A DNA stretch of 64,000 nt from Lingula anatina (taxonomy: Eukaryota > Animalia > Brachiopoda): assembly GCA_051362555.1 (NCBI GenBank), contig CM120647.1:12190651-12254650 (forward strand), written 5' to 3'. The notes under the pieces were generated by a model that worked only from the letters and a program-made list of their open reading frames with translations, was not told where the DNA came from and ran no database searches. This document shows, piece by piece, positions 48,089-62,357 of this stretch; position 1 is the first letter of the stretch; every line of letters starts with the position of its first letter. The position numbers and the translations under genes were made by a program.

Positions 48089-48978
48089 TGTATGAAAGAA
48101 CCTAAAGTTTCTGGAATAATTCAAGTACATTTCGTCAAAAACAAAAACCCTTTCTGTGCCATTTATCGCCGTTAAGCGTTGATCTTGTGTTTTGTATAAC
48201 ACGCCAAAGAGATAAGAAAAATACAAGGTGAAGAACCTTAATAATTATAACTGCCTATATGTTAAATATAGTAATTAAAAGCGTCCCGTTGGTTTAACTG
48301 TGTTGAGATTTGAGTACTCTCTCGTTGTCACGCTATTGGCGTGTTCTGTCCAGGTGAGATGGACTGATTAGAGTATGAGGAAACAGAGAACTCGTTCAGT
48401 TCGCATTTTATAATTATCCAGCTCCATCCCGTTTAACAGAACTGCGTACAGTGTACTAGTACACATGTACGTGTAGATGTACATTGCTTCTTTACCAAGA
48501 GTGTTGTTGCGGTTTTGCCCAATTGAAAAAAAATAAAATGCTCCGAAGGTGGGGCTTATATATGTATATACCAGCACATGTAAGTGAGTTTCTTTAATAG
48601 ATGGGGACCACATAATTACTACAATAAAAGTGACTCTGATAGTGAGGGCATGAAGTAAATAATTTTACCTTTTAAGAGTTGAAAATATCAATATAAGCAA
48701 CAGAAAGCTATGCATGGGGATTGCTCAATTGTGATGCGTAGAATATGCACAACTGCTTAGAGTTAAAATCACTGTTGACTAACTACAGTGTAATGTACTA
48801 ATTTGCAAAGGTTTTGTTCAGTCTGTTTGTTATTAAAGCTTTAACTAAAACGATGGCCTACTTCAACTAAAACGATGCGAATTTATCCTCGTCAATATCA
48901 AACATGATGCGGCATCCTGGTACTTCCATGTGCTACATGTATAAATATATACACTCTTTATTTCTGCATTGGGATTTA

Positions 48979-49227
48979 GGCTCCGTTCACATGACAAATA
49001 TATTTTCTAAAAATCTATTTGCGGTATTTTGTGATCACGGTCTGTGCCCTGAATACCACACGGCGTAATTACGGGCAGCGCGAGCCAGTTTCTTCCAAAG
49101 CTGTAATTAATTCTCGGCGCCGCAAGTAATTACGCAGTGGGGTATTCAGGGCACAGACCGTGATCACAAGATACCGCAAATAGATTTTTAGATTTTTAGA
49201 AAAGAGATTTTTCATGTGAACGGTCCC
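48979..49227. mobile_element. Near-palindromic MITE (PIF/Harbinger-like) with TTA TSD
   Basis: GGCTCCGTTCACATGA...TCATGTGAACGGTCCC, long internal inverted arms, TTA on both sides. Confidence 0.85.
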
Positions 49228-51083
49228 TTAGCATCTTTATTTGAAAAACCTGTCTACTTGCCGAACACGTGACCACACCCTGCGAACCAATCAGATATCG
49301 TTTTGCAGGATAAATTTGAATTGTTAGATTTGCAGATTGGCTGATTTATTACCAGACACGTGCATATTTTACATCTCAAAAAGAAAATGACATCCCTGTT
49401 TGCCATAAATAGTACGACTCCGTGTATCCCTAAAACGATTTGTTGTGTTCTCCTGCAATATTCCAGTGCCATTAATTCAAATATTTTATGTCCCAAAAAT
49501 TTACATCCCTGTTCGCCATAGAGGGCACGTCTCCGTGTATCTCTAAAACGATTGGCTGTGTATTGGTGCAATATTTCAATGCCATTAATTTGGATTTTAC
49601 TCCCATATTTTGTTGTCCATTAAAGCGAGTAATACCGGAGCGGTAGTACTTAGTATTGAGACGAGGCGCATATTTTAATCTGGATGTTTTTGATATATGG
49701 GAATACTTTATATCGTTTTAAAACACGCTCTACGTGTTGTGTGGCCTTACAACAATCTACTGGTAGTACTTTAAGTTGAAAATAATACAGCATTGATATT
49801 GTATGTTCAAATGAATGTAAAAAATTTACGGAGACTGTTCGCAGGAGTTTTGCTCGTAAAAGAGAGCGAGAGAAAAACCATAAAATAAAGATCTACGTTG
49901 TTTGTTACAATGTCCAAGTTTTCGGCTTTCTGCCTTTTTCAGGCTCGGACATTGCACCAAACGCAGTGAACCTTCATAGATGCATTATCACATGTCACAT
50001 AGGGTTACACTACATCTTTAAGACAGCGGCGGCGCTGGGGGCGGTATTATGAAAAATTCAGTAGGCCGAGGAAGTTTCGGGGCTGCTATTATAACCCAAG
50101 TTCCCATGAATGGATACTATAATCGTACATCACCGAGACTGAAATTAAGTAGATGCTGATTAACGCTACGACATGCCAGACGAGAGGCTCTAGTTATTCA
50201 GTTTCAATGTCATTATCATGATGAGAAACGGCAAGGCCTTACGTGCGTGTGAAACTTGATATAAATAACAAATCTGGGTGAAAATGAAAAAAAAAATAAC
50301 TAAGGGCAATGTTTTTGTACAAAATAATAATAATAATAATAATAATGATAATCCGTGGCACAACCTCTGGTTACAAACATCTGCGGCGTTGTAGCGAGGT
50401 GTTTTAAGGGCATTAAGCAGCGTATGTATAAGTAGGTATAATGACAATTTGGAATGAATAAGATAATTTGAAATAAAATCTTTTGTAAAACAAGAATTCA
50501 CAAGATTCCGTGTGTATTAGGTAGATACATGTAATACATAATGATTTTAACACAGACACCATTTTTAGAGAGGGCTGTCGACGTTATTCATGGAAAAAGG
50601 AAAAAATGAGAAGGTTCAGTGAACTAGACGAACGAATAAAATGGCATGAAAAAAAGTTTCCTCCCTATCTCTTTTCTCTTCCCAGAAATGAAATAACCAA
50701 CAAAAACGAGACCAATCCAAACATTTGCCGCACGAATCAAGGGGGCATGTTTTTGTCCTACCCACTTCCCCGAAATTCAGCAAAATTCTGGCCCCGCCAA
50801 TGTAGTGTTCATAGGGCCTTACCAGTTTAAATGGCCTTCATGTCCTTAGCACAGAGAGTCGTCGACGTCTTAAAAGACCCCAGTTTACCCTCCCATTATG
50901 CGGTTGTTGAAGGATGAAATTACGGTACAATTTTAACGACCAGTCCTTATCTGTAATCTGAAATCTCCCCCACCACGCTACGGACTGGCCACCGCTGGAG
51001 TATAAAAGCCGGTCAGTTAGCGGTGACCAGTCAGCAGTCTCCTAGGCCAGCCAACGCCAACCTCAAACGCTGAGATCGCCAAG

Positions 51084-51473
51084 ATGATGTTCAAAGTCGC
51101 CTGTCTTCTTGCCACTGTGGCCTTTGCCGCCGCCGTTCCCGGGACCCAGTACTACCCAGCTTCTGACGGCAGCAACAGGATCATTTACTATCCAAACGGC
51201 TACTCTGGCTCCGGCAGTTACGGACAAGGCATTCCCCTTAGCGGTCACGGAGGCTACGGCGGCTATGGCTACGGAGCTGGCTACGGTGCTGGTATTGGAG
51301 CTGGCTACGGTGCTGGCTACGGAGCCGGCTACGGAAGCGGCTATGGTGGTGTCTTCGGATACCCTGGCTTCGGTTATGGTGGTGGACTAGGCGGATTCCG
51401 CATGCCGTTTGGATTCGGTGGCAACTACTTCCACAGACCTGCTTACAAGAATCCCGTTCCTTACTACGGTTAA
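51084..51473 (+). CDS. Secreted Gly/Tyr-rich protein, divergent paralogue with GAGY repeats (129 aa)
   Basis: Signal peptide, shared VPGTxYYPAxDxS.R..Y.PNGY motif, C-terminal YYG, TATAAAA at 51001, 3' UTR intron ~51493-52455. Confidence 0.9.
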   Translation: MMFKVACLLATVAFAAAVPGTQYYPASDGSNRIIYYPNGYSGSGSYGQGIPLSGHGGYGGYGYGAGYGAGIGAGYGAGYGAGYGSGYGGVFGYPGFGYGGGLGGFRMPFGFGGNYFHRPAYKNPVPYYG

Positions 51474-52843
51474 GATGCATTCCATACCAAAGGTACATAT
51501 GTTTATCATGAAGCTTAGATTGTATTTTACGGTTCGGATTTTACATCTGTTCATTATTTAAGTACTAATACGAGGGGGTTCTTAATTAAAATATTATGGC
51601 CCGTATATTATCGATTTAAAACCATTATATGAGTTTTTTCACAAATGTGCAATTTTTCCACAGTGATATACATGATATACGGTATATTATTTTTAAAAAT
51701 TTATCCTGATAAAATTGTCAGTTCATCTAGAAATGTTACTTTGAACTAAAATTCTCTGAAGCACAACCACTTACCATCGTCGACCTACGTCCTTAAAATG
51801 ACAACCATCCCTGTCTTAACTCTGAGTTTCTGCCAAGGGCAGATCTTGTATAAATCCTACAAATATCATATTAAGAAACATAAAGCCCGCTTGTCGCCTT
51901 GCAGCTGCAACATTTGTACTCCCAAATGCGTCCGTCACATAGCACTATAGATTATGAATCTTTTTCGATTTCACGTCCTCAGGCGAAAGATTTTTTAGAG
52001 AATTATGAAGTAAAGGGTTGCCTTAAGCAAAGCATCTCCTTTTATATTTGCTTGCGTGTAAAATCATGCCCTTTTTCATATCGGGCAACGCATTCGTGCG
52101 TTTTGCCCTTATTATGCTTTTAGCGCTTTTTAGACAGTTAATCTACAAGACATTTATGTTTTTCCTCCGCCTTCTATTCCCGGCGTGCAAACTCTTCATT
52201 TTCATAATTAATACCAAGATCAGAAATACCGTTAAGTTAAGTTTCCCACTAAACCTCGAATGAACGTTCCATTGAGAACCATTTTTGTAACGCCTTTATC
52301 TCTTTAAATGACGGGGTCTTTAATTTAAATTCACTTAGAGCGTAAACAGGCGCATCAAACGGTAAAATGGCTTTTACCTGGGGGATCAATTTTGATAACA
52401 TTTTTATTGTAGGCGAAATAAGTATAGTGATGAAGTTCCTCCTATTTTCTTTCAGTTTTAATTCCGAAAATGAAGCGGATCGCCAAAAGTGACAACACCT
52501 TGAAGAAACGAAAGCGTTCCGATAAAGAACCTAAATGTATTATCTCAACACCCTTTTCCACACACATGGTGCTTGGCGCAGACCACTTTAAGACATCAGG
52601 AGATTAAAACTCTGCAAAATTTAGGGACATAACATCGGCAAAAGACTCTCTCTTATCGGATGAAACTGTGCCTGAAGAAATTTACGTGTGATATAGGCCA
52701 TGCGGCGCCTTACCATTGCTTGGGAGCTTTAAAATCGCCATTTGATTATGATGGCATGTACATGTGAATAAATTATGTTTTGTTAAATATGTTTTATTTC
52801 TTTTTTCATTGCCGTCAAAACAGCTGGTCTCGCTTCTTGTCTC

Positions 52844-52877
<34 letters not shown>

Positions 52878-52892
52878 CTGTGTGTGTGTGTG

Positions 52893-52926
<34 letters not shown>

Positions 52927-54172
52927 CAAAATGATACCAATTGTTATTATAAAAAAGATAAATAAATAAATAAAAAAAGAATGCTAGACACAAAACGTAT
53001 TACTAAAGAAATAAAGCGAGAAAAAGACCCAGGCCCAATGTAAAAATGGGCTGTCATTGCCCCACATAGGCTAACATAATTTGGTTTTGACATAGTGAAG
53101 AAGAATATTTCTACGATCTGTAAACACCTGCTGTGCCAAGCTGCAGGTAGAACACACATATAGCGCGCGTTGTCCTATTTTTCCTTTATCTCAGTCTTGG
53201 AGAATGTGGATGATTACATGGGCGACAAACGGTAATTTCTGGCCTGTGGAGGATGAAAACTTATCAGTGAGATTAAACGATTAGCGGTACAGTATGTGCT
53301 CCGTCAGGAATAAAGATTGTTGTCCCTAAGTTTAAGGGCATCCATGCATTTCAGTTAACGATCTTATTCTGATGGGTGGTAATGGAGATGTGGATTTGCT
53401 TGTAGGCTTACGCTGTTATAATGCAAAATTGTGGATTTTTTTTAAGGAAATGAATTGCATGTTTAGAACTACATAAACATGTTTGGTTAGTCTACTGTAT
53501 GATTATTTATTTATTTTATTTATTTATTATTATTATTTTTTTTTTTTTGGATTGCTTTAGATAGGGCCTAAAGGAAGCATTCCTAAGGATTGTCACAACT
53601 CCCGTATTAAAATTCGTTGACCACCGTGAACAAATTAAAACCTGTTATCTTCAGTTATAGGTGAGATAAGAGGAGAAATATTACTCTTTTTTCAATTTTG
53701 AATCTCCGTAAGCTCTTAAGAGCAGTTCCTACCAGTAGGCCTATATCTTCCATCATACAAGGTGCTGGGCATATGCATGTAGCCGTTTTTCTAGAATCGT
53801 GTTTTTCACGATAATAGTTTCTGGTTGCCAGAATCGTGGTTTTTTTTTTTTTTTTTTTTTGAAAAGCTTAATTGGAATCTAGACACAATCTAAGACACTA
53901 ACTTCAGCGCCTTGATATCAGTGGTATATGAAAGCGGGTATGAATATATTGCAAGCCACCATTCTTAATTTATTTGAAGCAGTGGCATTGCGTTAGCTGT
54001 GACAAAACAACACAATTCAACCTCTCCGCTTGAAGTCGCCACCAGTCCTGTTGACCGATGCAGTGCTAACGTGTTGCAGACTTATCTTGTCAGTTTGCAG
54101 ACAATTGGCGTTGGTCAAGAGAGATAAACATCGGTAGCTCAATTACCTGTAGCTTGGGATAACTGAAAAAAT

Positions 54173-54257
54173 CAAAATGGCGAGCGTTTCCTACCACATC
54201 GCCAACTTACTGGAGAAGGTAAGTCGCCGGCTCTACTCATGGAGTCCGCCATCTTGG
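54173..54257. promoter_or_regulatory. Two YY1-type motifs (AAAATGGCG over the start codon; CCGCCATCTTGG in intron 1)
   Basis: Both match the CGCCATNTT consensus, in opposite orientations, at a housekeeping gene start. Confidence 0.5.
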
Positions 54258-57200
54258 ATTGTTTCCTTGTTTCGTCGTAAATAATAATAGGCGTTTTTTT
54301 TCCAATAAAACAAAGACTGATGCAAGATGTGAATAAATGTCTGTCTTGTTTTTAATGGGGTCCCGAATTCAACTGGAAATCGTGCTGTACGAATGCCACG
54401 AAGACTTGTTCTAGAGTTGTTTTAAACTTTTTTGATCATTGTATTTTGACACATGACAAGTGCACTATGGTATCTGTCACCGAAAATACTTCACTGGCTT
54501 AATTTTATTGTTTCATTTCACAGTAACACCTCTGTCTGATTATAATCAGGTCTGTTTTCCTGATTGCCAGATTGCCTCTTCAAAGACCATGCTAATTCAA
54601 CCAAGCTGAAAAAAATTAGTTATGGTCAGCATAGCAAAAAATATACTAGTATTTACTTGTCCAAGTATGCTATCTGAAGGAGATTTTAGGATGTTTCCTC
54701 TTTTTCACTTTTTGAATCAGGTTATACAATAATCTGGACAGCCTGTTTCGTGCTGTCATCATATTTGAAGATTGCATTCAGTTATACAAGGACCTTTATT
54801 TCATGTAAAATATCAGAGCAAAATAAAATATACATTGATTTTTCCAGTGTAACACATCTGCACTTGTTTGGCTAAATGGTGTCAGTTGTTAAAGTATGAT
54901 ACTGTAAAATATCACATCCGCTTTTATATAAAGCATTATATGACTAGGACATCTTAATAATCTGAAGGTACATTGTCCCAAAGGTTCATTGGTCTGACAA
55001 TTGTAGGCACAAGCCTCTGAAAACTTTATTGCTAGTACACTATACACTTTATTAATGCATTAATTCAGACTGCCAAAACTTCAAACCAACAAACCTTCAG
55101 ACTAATGCTACAAGTAAGTGCTCTATTGTTTGTCAACATCTAAGAAAACAATAACTTTTTTAGCCATCTATACACGAGATACAGTGAGGAAAAAAATTAA
55201 CAATTTCTCCATGTTTGCAGATGACGTCCAGTGACAAAGACTTTCGTTTCATGGCAACCAATGACTTGATGGCAGAACTTCAGAAAGACTCCATAAAACT
55301 GGATGATGACAGTGAGAGAAAGGTGGGACATCAGTAACCCTAGCCCCTCCCCTTATCCCTGCCCACTTAAGAGTGACAGGTGTCAATCAAAAGTCTGGAC
55401 TACGTATCATTTAGTAAATTTTAGTCAAATGCTAATTATAAACATGCCTAAATTCAGCTTAAGAGAATGTACTACTTTCACTGTGTGTTAACATGGTTAT
55501 AAAAATTTCCTCTCTTTTTAGCATGCTCAAGAAGTCTAATTTTTTTCTAGGTGGTAAAGATGTTGCTAAAACTGCTAGAAGATAAGAATGGAGAAGTACA
55601 AAACTTAGCAGTAAAATGGTATGATTTTAATTGAATGTACTAGTGGATTGATTTTGTTGAAAAGAAAAATTCTTTAACCAACCAGATTGGTACATGTTTG
55701 AAAATTCTTAAAACAGCCAGATATTTGGGCCAGCAGCTATGAAAATTTTGCACTACTGAAGGAAATTTTGTCAGACTGGCTGTAAATTTATAATGGTGGC
55801 TCTTAATATTATTGCCAGTAAGGGGCTGACACAATTTTCTATCAGTCCTTGAAATATCTTATCCGCCATGAATGGTAGGATAGCCAGTTCCATAATGTCT
55901 ACAGACTTGACGATGATTAAGACTACAATAATAATAGTAATAATAATTATTATTGTAAGCCAAAGTGATAACTGTAGTATGTCATGGGTTCATAAGTATA
56001 CAGAAAAATACTGGTACCTGGGGTTACCGTAGCGCTAGCAATTTTTTTGGCTTAGCCAAATCACCACATTTTTGTCAATTTGTTATCAAAATGGTAGTAA
56101 TTTGACTAAAACAAGTCAAGTCAGGCCTTTTTTCTTTAGCCAATTTAATTCAGTTTTAGCATTTGGCTAAATTGGCGAGTGTTAGCGCTACCCCAGGGTA
56201 CTGAACTTAGCTGTAAAACAGATTTTTTTACTCCACGATAGCTACATTTTCACTCTATCAGTCTGTAGTGTGTCTAGCACTCATGTCATAAAGGCTCAGT
56301 CCTGACCATTACCCCTGTTTACTTCCAGTCTTGGTCCACTGGTGAACAAGGTGAAGGAGTTCCAGGTGGAGACCATAGTAGACACACTGTGTAGTAATAT
56401 GATGTCAGACAAGGAACAGCTCAGAGATATATCCAGCATAGGTGAGGAGGAAGTGCATGAACATGCACACAAAGACACACACATACACAGGCGCACACAC
56501 ACACACAGACGCATGCATGTGCATACACATACACACAGACATATGCACCCGTACGAACTCATACTTGCACACACACTTGCACATCCATATTTGCACACGC
56601 ATACATACACACACAATCACCAGTGCATGCATGCACGGAAACATTAAGAAGCACAAGCGAGGTAGCAAAGCATGCACTCTGCCACATATGCAGTACAAAT
56701 GAATATATGCATATAACCAGTACACATGTGCGTGGGCTAGCAGTATGTGCAGGTATAAAAATGCACAAGTCAGCTTTAAGCATAAAATTGCACACAAAAA
56801 TTTGTTTTGGAAAGAAATAATTGTAAGTAACAGCTTCATGTCCCTTATTTTAATTGGGAAATGTCAGACATTATTCCAGTAACTTTTCAGATCTTTTTAG
56901 CAGGTGATAAAAAATATGCCTTGCACCATATGGTTGAATAAGAAATGTTTAAGAACTTCATTGCAGGTTTGAAGACGGTGATAAGTGAGCTACCGCCCTC
57001 ATCCACTGTTCTAGCCGCCAGTATATGCAAAAAGATTACAGGGAGATTAACCAGTGCCATCGCTAAGGTAGCCTCTTGCTGTTGATGAAATAAAATGATT
57101 TTAGCAAATGGAAGAAACATGTTTTTTGAAATTTTCTACCAATGAGGCATGATAAACTAAGTCAAGTCAGTGAGTGGTGTAATTTATTTTTAGGAATCTG

Positions 57201-60200
57201 ATTGTTAGAAATATTAAATTAATCTTCCAGCAAGAAGATGTCTCAGTCCAGCTTGAGGCCTTGGACATCTTGGGGGATTTGCTCAGCAGATTCGGAGGTA
57301 AGGCACTGTGGACAATTCATAAGTATTTTTTATCTTAAAAAAGCATTGACATATTTCTTGAATGCAGACCTTTTGTCATGAAGAGTACCTTGTTTCACCA
57401 GAATTCAAACTCTTTATTATGCAGAGACTTCTTAGTGTCAGATTAAATGCCTGAAACCTTCTGTCTTTCATGAATAAAAAAATGCTATTTTTAGTCAAAG
57501 AGTCTGAGAGTAACAGATGTTGTACACATAAGATGTGCTGTTTTCTAGAATTTGCAATTTTTTTCATAATAATTGTAATTATTTGAATTATTATATTACG
57601 TTTATTGCTCAGAAAGCTGTTGTATTTGGCAGTGAGAAGACAGTAGAATTATACCATTTAGAGCTTAATTAACTACACAAGAATTATTTTACATATGTTA
57701 TCTGGTATTATTTCAGGTTTGTTACTTTCTTTCCACCCCTCAATCCAGCAAGCTTTGCTGCCTCAGTTGTCCAGCCCAAGACTGGCTGTTAGGAAGAGGG
57801 CTATTTTGGCTATAAGTAAGTAGTTTTAAATAAATAAATAAATGAATATGATATTTTTTAATGTAGAAATATTTTTCACACAGGACAAATTTAGAATGAA
57901 AAAACAAAGGGCCATTTTTTGGCTATAAGTTGGCATTTGAAAACAACAGACGGGAAAAGTAAGTTCACAAGCAGAAGTAGTATTCATACAGGAACTATTT
58001 TGAAGGGAAAGTGGTCTTACAAGTGTATGACTGGATTTCTTAGAAACTACAAGTTTGTGTGACTAAGGTATTAGTGTCTTATCTTCAAAAGTTATGTTAG
58101 ACTATGAGCGGGGGGGGGGGGGGGGGGTGCATTTTGTCTGGAAAAGGTCATCTCTGAGTCAAAATTTGATCCAAGTTCTCGTGTCTCAAGTTGTTCCAAC
58201 TAAATAGGCAGGTTAAAAGGTCCATTATTCTCCAAAGAAAGAACAGAAACTCCTTTTGAAATTGCTGGCTACCTGCCTGTCTATTTGAGCAACATTTGTC
58301 TCTGTATTTGTTTCTATCCAGAACTTGTGTTTCAGGTCACTTGGTGATGAGTTGCAACAACAGTTTGTTTGTGGAGTTGATTGATTTCCTGTTGAAAGCA
58401 TTGTCCAAGAATGCATCTACATCTACCACTAGAACTTATATACAGTGCATAGGAGCCATCAGGTAATGAGAAGTTAAGATAAATGACTCGATCAATTAAT
58501 GACTCAATCTTCGCAGTGGGGCAAATTTATGTCTCACAGATTTTTAATTTTTGAATTGTTCAAATTGTTTTTCTGTGTAGCATTTGCTGGGCTTTTACTG
58601 TTATGATAAAACTGTATGGTAGCCACTTTTTCAGTTTTGTTTCTGTCACTCAGGAATGATCCAATTTATAACCTTAAAAAATACGTCTGTAAAATTCACA
58701 TTTCTCCACATTGAAAAGATCGAGTCATCTTGTGTACTTTATTTTAGACAGAACTAAATAGCACTTTAAGAAATCTTTCAAGACCTTCGCCAAGGACAAA
58801 TGCAATGAAAAATATTAAATCAGAAATTTAAGGAAACCTGTATTCTGTATTAATTGAATTTGATTTATATTTCCAGTCGTCAAGCTGGCCACAGGATAGG
58901 AGAGCATCTCGAAAAAATTGTTCCACTTATCGTGAAATTTTGCAAAGTTGAAGACGATGAGTTGAGGGAGTATTGCATTCAAGCTTTCGAATCCTTTGTA
59001 AGAAGATGCCCCAAAGAAATTTCTCCGCATATTGGCACGGTAAGTTCAAAGGGCAGCGGTCATGACTGGTGTTTAAATGAGGAGAGAGACGGGGACTTGC
59101 CTCTCTGCAAAACTAACGTTGAGCGCTAGTTCAACTTTTTTGACTGAAAATTATCATTTTCATTGACCATAGATTAATTAGTAGTGGCTTATTTTTAATT
59201 ACTAAAAATACTTATAGTAAAGACCAATATTTGACTCAACTTCTTTATTTCTTTTTTTGAATTATTTTTTACTTAATGATATTTTTATGAAAAACTGGGC
59301 CTAGATTGGCCTGTTTCACATCTCAGAGGCACGTCTTGACTTCCAGAAAACATTTAGTAGATCTTCTCAAGTTTCAAATATTAGAGTTAATATTTTTGCC
59401 TTTTTATGTGCATGACAATAATGAAAACAGATTGAAACCACGATTTTTCCAGAAATCCATATATTTGTGTGTTGTCCCCCACCCTCTCCCCAAGCCTCCA
59501 TTTATAACGGCATTCCTTTAATGTTTCCATCTTCAAATTTTCAGTACCTCTTTCAATACTGTAATAAAGGTTTCCTTATTTTGATTTTTAGATCATAACC
59601 CTATGTCTAAGCTATATTTGCTATGACCCAAATTACAACTATGACGATGAAGATGATGAAGACACTATGGAAATGGAGGCAGATGAAGACGAAGAGGGGT
59701 AGGTAGTGCTTGCTGGAATAGAGGAGGGGGTGAAGAGTGTATGATGGAATTGAAATGTTTAAACGTTTTTTAAAAGAATAAAATGAAATTATAAAAACAA
59801 AAAGAGAACATGTGGGTAGTGCTTGCTGAACCAACCATTGGATTTTTTTCAGCTGTAACATGTGCTCCAATTTTCTTAAAGAATGTTCAGACTAAATGTT
59901 AAAGACTTTTTTTTTTTTATTATATTTTGAAAATCTGATGTTTATGTTCTTATTTGTAATAGGAAACCTGTAAGATGAAAAGTATTTGTCACAGACTGAC
60001 ATATGTATGGATTATCTCTGGGCTGCAGTTAATGAATATTTGTGCATACATATAACCACATAATCACCTCTGCAGTGTTGTGATTGGCTACCATGAATCC
60101 TTAGCTGATTATTTTTCTCTTTCCCCCGCAGGAGTGATGACGAGTACAGCGATGATGACGACATGAGCTGGAAGGTCAGACGTGCGTCCGCTAAATGTCT

Positions 60201-61013
60201 GGACGCCATTATTAGCACCAGGCACGAAATGCTGCTTGACCTGTACAAAAATGTTTCCCCAACTCTGGTCAATAGGTTTAAAGGTATTTAAAGAAAATAA
60301 TTAAGTAAGTGTGAAATAAGGAGAGAAATTTAAAAAGAGTGAAATAAGAAATAAAGTAAATTTACTGAACTCTTGATGCCCATTTAAAGTACATTTCAAA
60401 GTAATTTTTTTTTCTTCAAGTTAAAATTAAACTTTTGTGAAAATACTAAGTTGAAATTATTATACCAATGTTAAGTAAAAAGTTTTTCTCAGTCACTGGG
60501 AGTATTTTTCAAGAACTGCTGTATGTAATTATTTTATCTTCAGAACGAGAAGAGAATGTGAAGTCAGACATATTCCATGCATACATCTCTCTACTGAGGC
60601 AGACCAGGCCGACAGTGTCTGCAGACCCTGATGCCATGGAGCAAGGAGAGGGGTAAGTGTCAAGTATTGTGTTAGAGGAGACACAGCATTGTGATTTGTC
60701 CCTCTGCTGATTGTTACATTGTTACATAATTACAACCCAGTGGCTACCAGAGACTGCTAATGACGTTGATACATACAATTTTACCTTCCAGGCCAGTCAT
60801 CATGCTGCAGTCTCAGATCCCTTCCATCATCAAGGCCATCCACAAGCAGTTGAAGGAGAAGAGTATCAAGACGCGCCAGTGCTGCTTTGCTCTGCTCACA
60901 GAGCTGGTGCAGGTGCTTCCCGGGGCTCTCACGGATCACATACAGGCCTTGGTTCCCGGAGTGATCTTTTCCTTAGGGTAGGCGGTCATACATAATTGTT
61001 TCTTCCAACAGGC

Positions 61014-61090
<77 letters not shown>

Positions 61091-62348
61091 GGTACCGATT
61101 AAAAATGTTTTTTAATATCCTACATTGTGTTATTTCATAGTGACTGTAAATGATACTAACCACAGAATAAATCTATAGAAATAATAGTAATGAAAGAAAG
61201 CTTCTGGACATAATCCACATTCCAGCTCCATCTGTGGTAACCAGCTGGCTAGAGGCCACTCTGTAGTTGAATGGAATTCACTGTCATTATTTCATTTCAG
61301 AGACAAGAACTCCAGCTCCAACATGAAGATAGACACTTTGTCTTTTCTGAACTGTCTGATGTCACATCACATCCCGACCGTATTCCACCCACATGTACCC
61401 GCTCTCATCAAGGTGAGTATTCCAGCCACATGTACCTGCTCTCATCAAGGTGAGTATTCCACCCACATGTACCCGCTCTCATCAAGGTGAGTATTCCACC
61501 CACATGTACCCGCTCTCATCAAGGTGAGTATTCCACCCACATGTACCTGCTCTCATCAAGGTGAGTATTCCACCCACATGTACCTGCTCTCATCAAGGTA
61601 TTCCACCCACATGTACCCGCTCTCATCAAGGTGAGTATTCCACCCACATGTACCCGCTCTCATCAAGGTGAGTATTCCACCCACATGTACCTGCTCTCAT
61701 CAAGGTGAGTATTCCACCCACATGTACCTGCTGTCATCAAGGTGAGTATTCCACCCACATGTACCCGCTCTCATCAAGGTGAGTATTCCACCCACATGTA
61801 CCTGCTGTCATCAAGTTGAGTATTCCACCCACATGTACCCGACTCATCAAGGTGAGTATTCCACCCACATGTACCCGCTCTCATCAAGGTGAGTATTCCA
61901 CCCACATGTACCCGCTCTCATCAAGGTGAGTATTCCACCTACATGTACCTGCTCTCATCAAGGTGAGTATTCCACCCACATGTACCCGCTCTCATCAAGG
62001 TGAGTATTCCACCTACATGTACCCGCTCTCATCAAGGTGAGTATTCCACCCACATGTACCTACTCTCACTTAGGTATTTCTCTCTAAGCTAAATGCCAAA
62101 ATTTTTCAAAAGTGAATTTGAACATATGGCTCAAAAACGTTGCTCTTGCACATTTCAGTTATTCAGGTATCTAATCTATAAAGTTAGAATCCAGACATTT
62201 TAAAATATTACACGTCCGGAACTTTAAATTGATTATATATGTCCAATATTTCAGCCTATAGTGGCAGCAGTGGCAGATCCCTTCTATAAGATCACATCAG
62301 AGGCTCTCCTTGTCACCCAACAGCTGGTGAAAGTCATCAGACCCCTAG
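54177..62348 (+). CDS. CAND1: Cullin-associated NEDD8-dissociated protein 1, first 15 coding exons (continues beyond window): 54177-54218, 55221-55322, 55551-55618, 56329-56441, 56967-57067, 57231-57297, 57717-57815, 58336-58462, 58877-59039, 59592-59698, 60132-60283, 60544-60652, 60792-60977, 61301-61412, 62255-62348
   Basis: Spliced translation [71 protein letters not shown]...[17 protein letters not shown]...[13 protein letters not shown] matches the recognised CAND1 sequence. All introns are GT-AG with consistent phases. Confidence 0.97.
56018..56196. mobile_element. 179-bp MITE with 5-bp TSD GGTAC in CAND1 intron 3
   Basis: CTGGGGT(taccg)TAGCGCTA...TAGCGCTACCCCAG flanked by GGTAC. Confidence 0.72.
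61380..62075 (+). repeat. 37-bp minisatellite (~19 copies) built from the 3' end of CAND1 exon 14 plus its splice donor
   Basis: Unit GTATTCCACCCACATGTACCCGCTCTCATCAAGGTGA. Confidence 0.95.
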
Positions 62349-62357
62349 GTAGGTGTG

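Larger units (their letters stand above)
29124..61088. repeat. Scattered microsatellites: (CT)n/(CA)n 29124-29236, (ATT)n 30667-30726, (TG)n 32145-32184, (TA)n 36252-36311 and 42986-43055, (CT)n 61016-61088 and others
   Basis: Direct observation. Confidence 0.9.

Noticed and set aside
49390-49590. Two diverged ~113-bp direct repeats
   Set aside because: No termini, TSD or coding signal found; probably a transposon remnant.
56296-56839. His/Thr- or Cys/Val-rich ORFs
   Set aside because: Translations of a degenerate (CA)n tract in a CAND1 intron.
61380-62075. CRISPR-like 37-bp repeats
   Set aside because: Head-to-tail repeats with no spacers, derived from a eukaryotic exon-intron junction.
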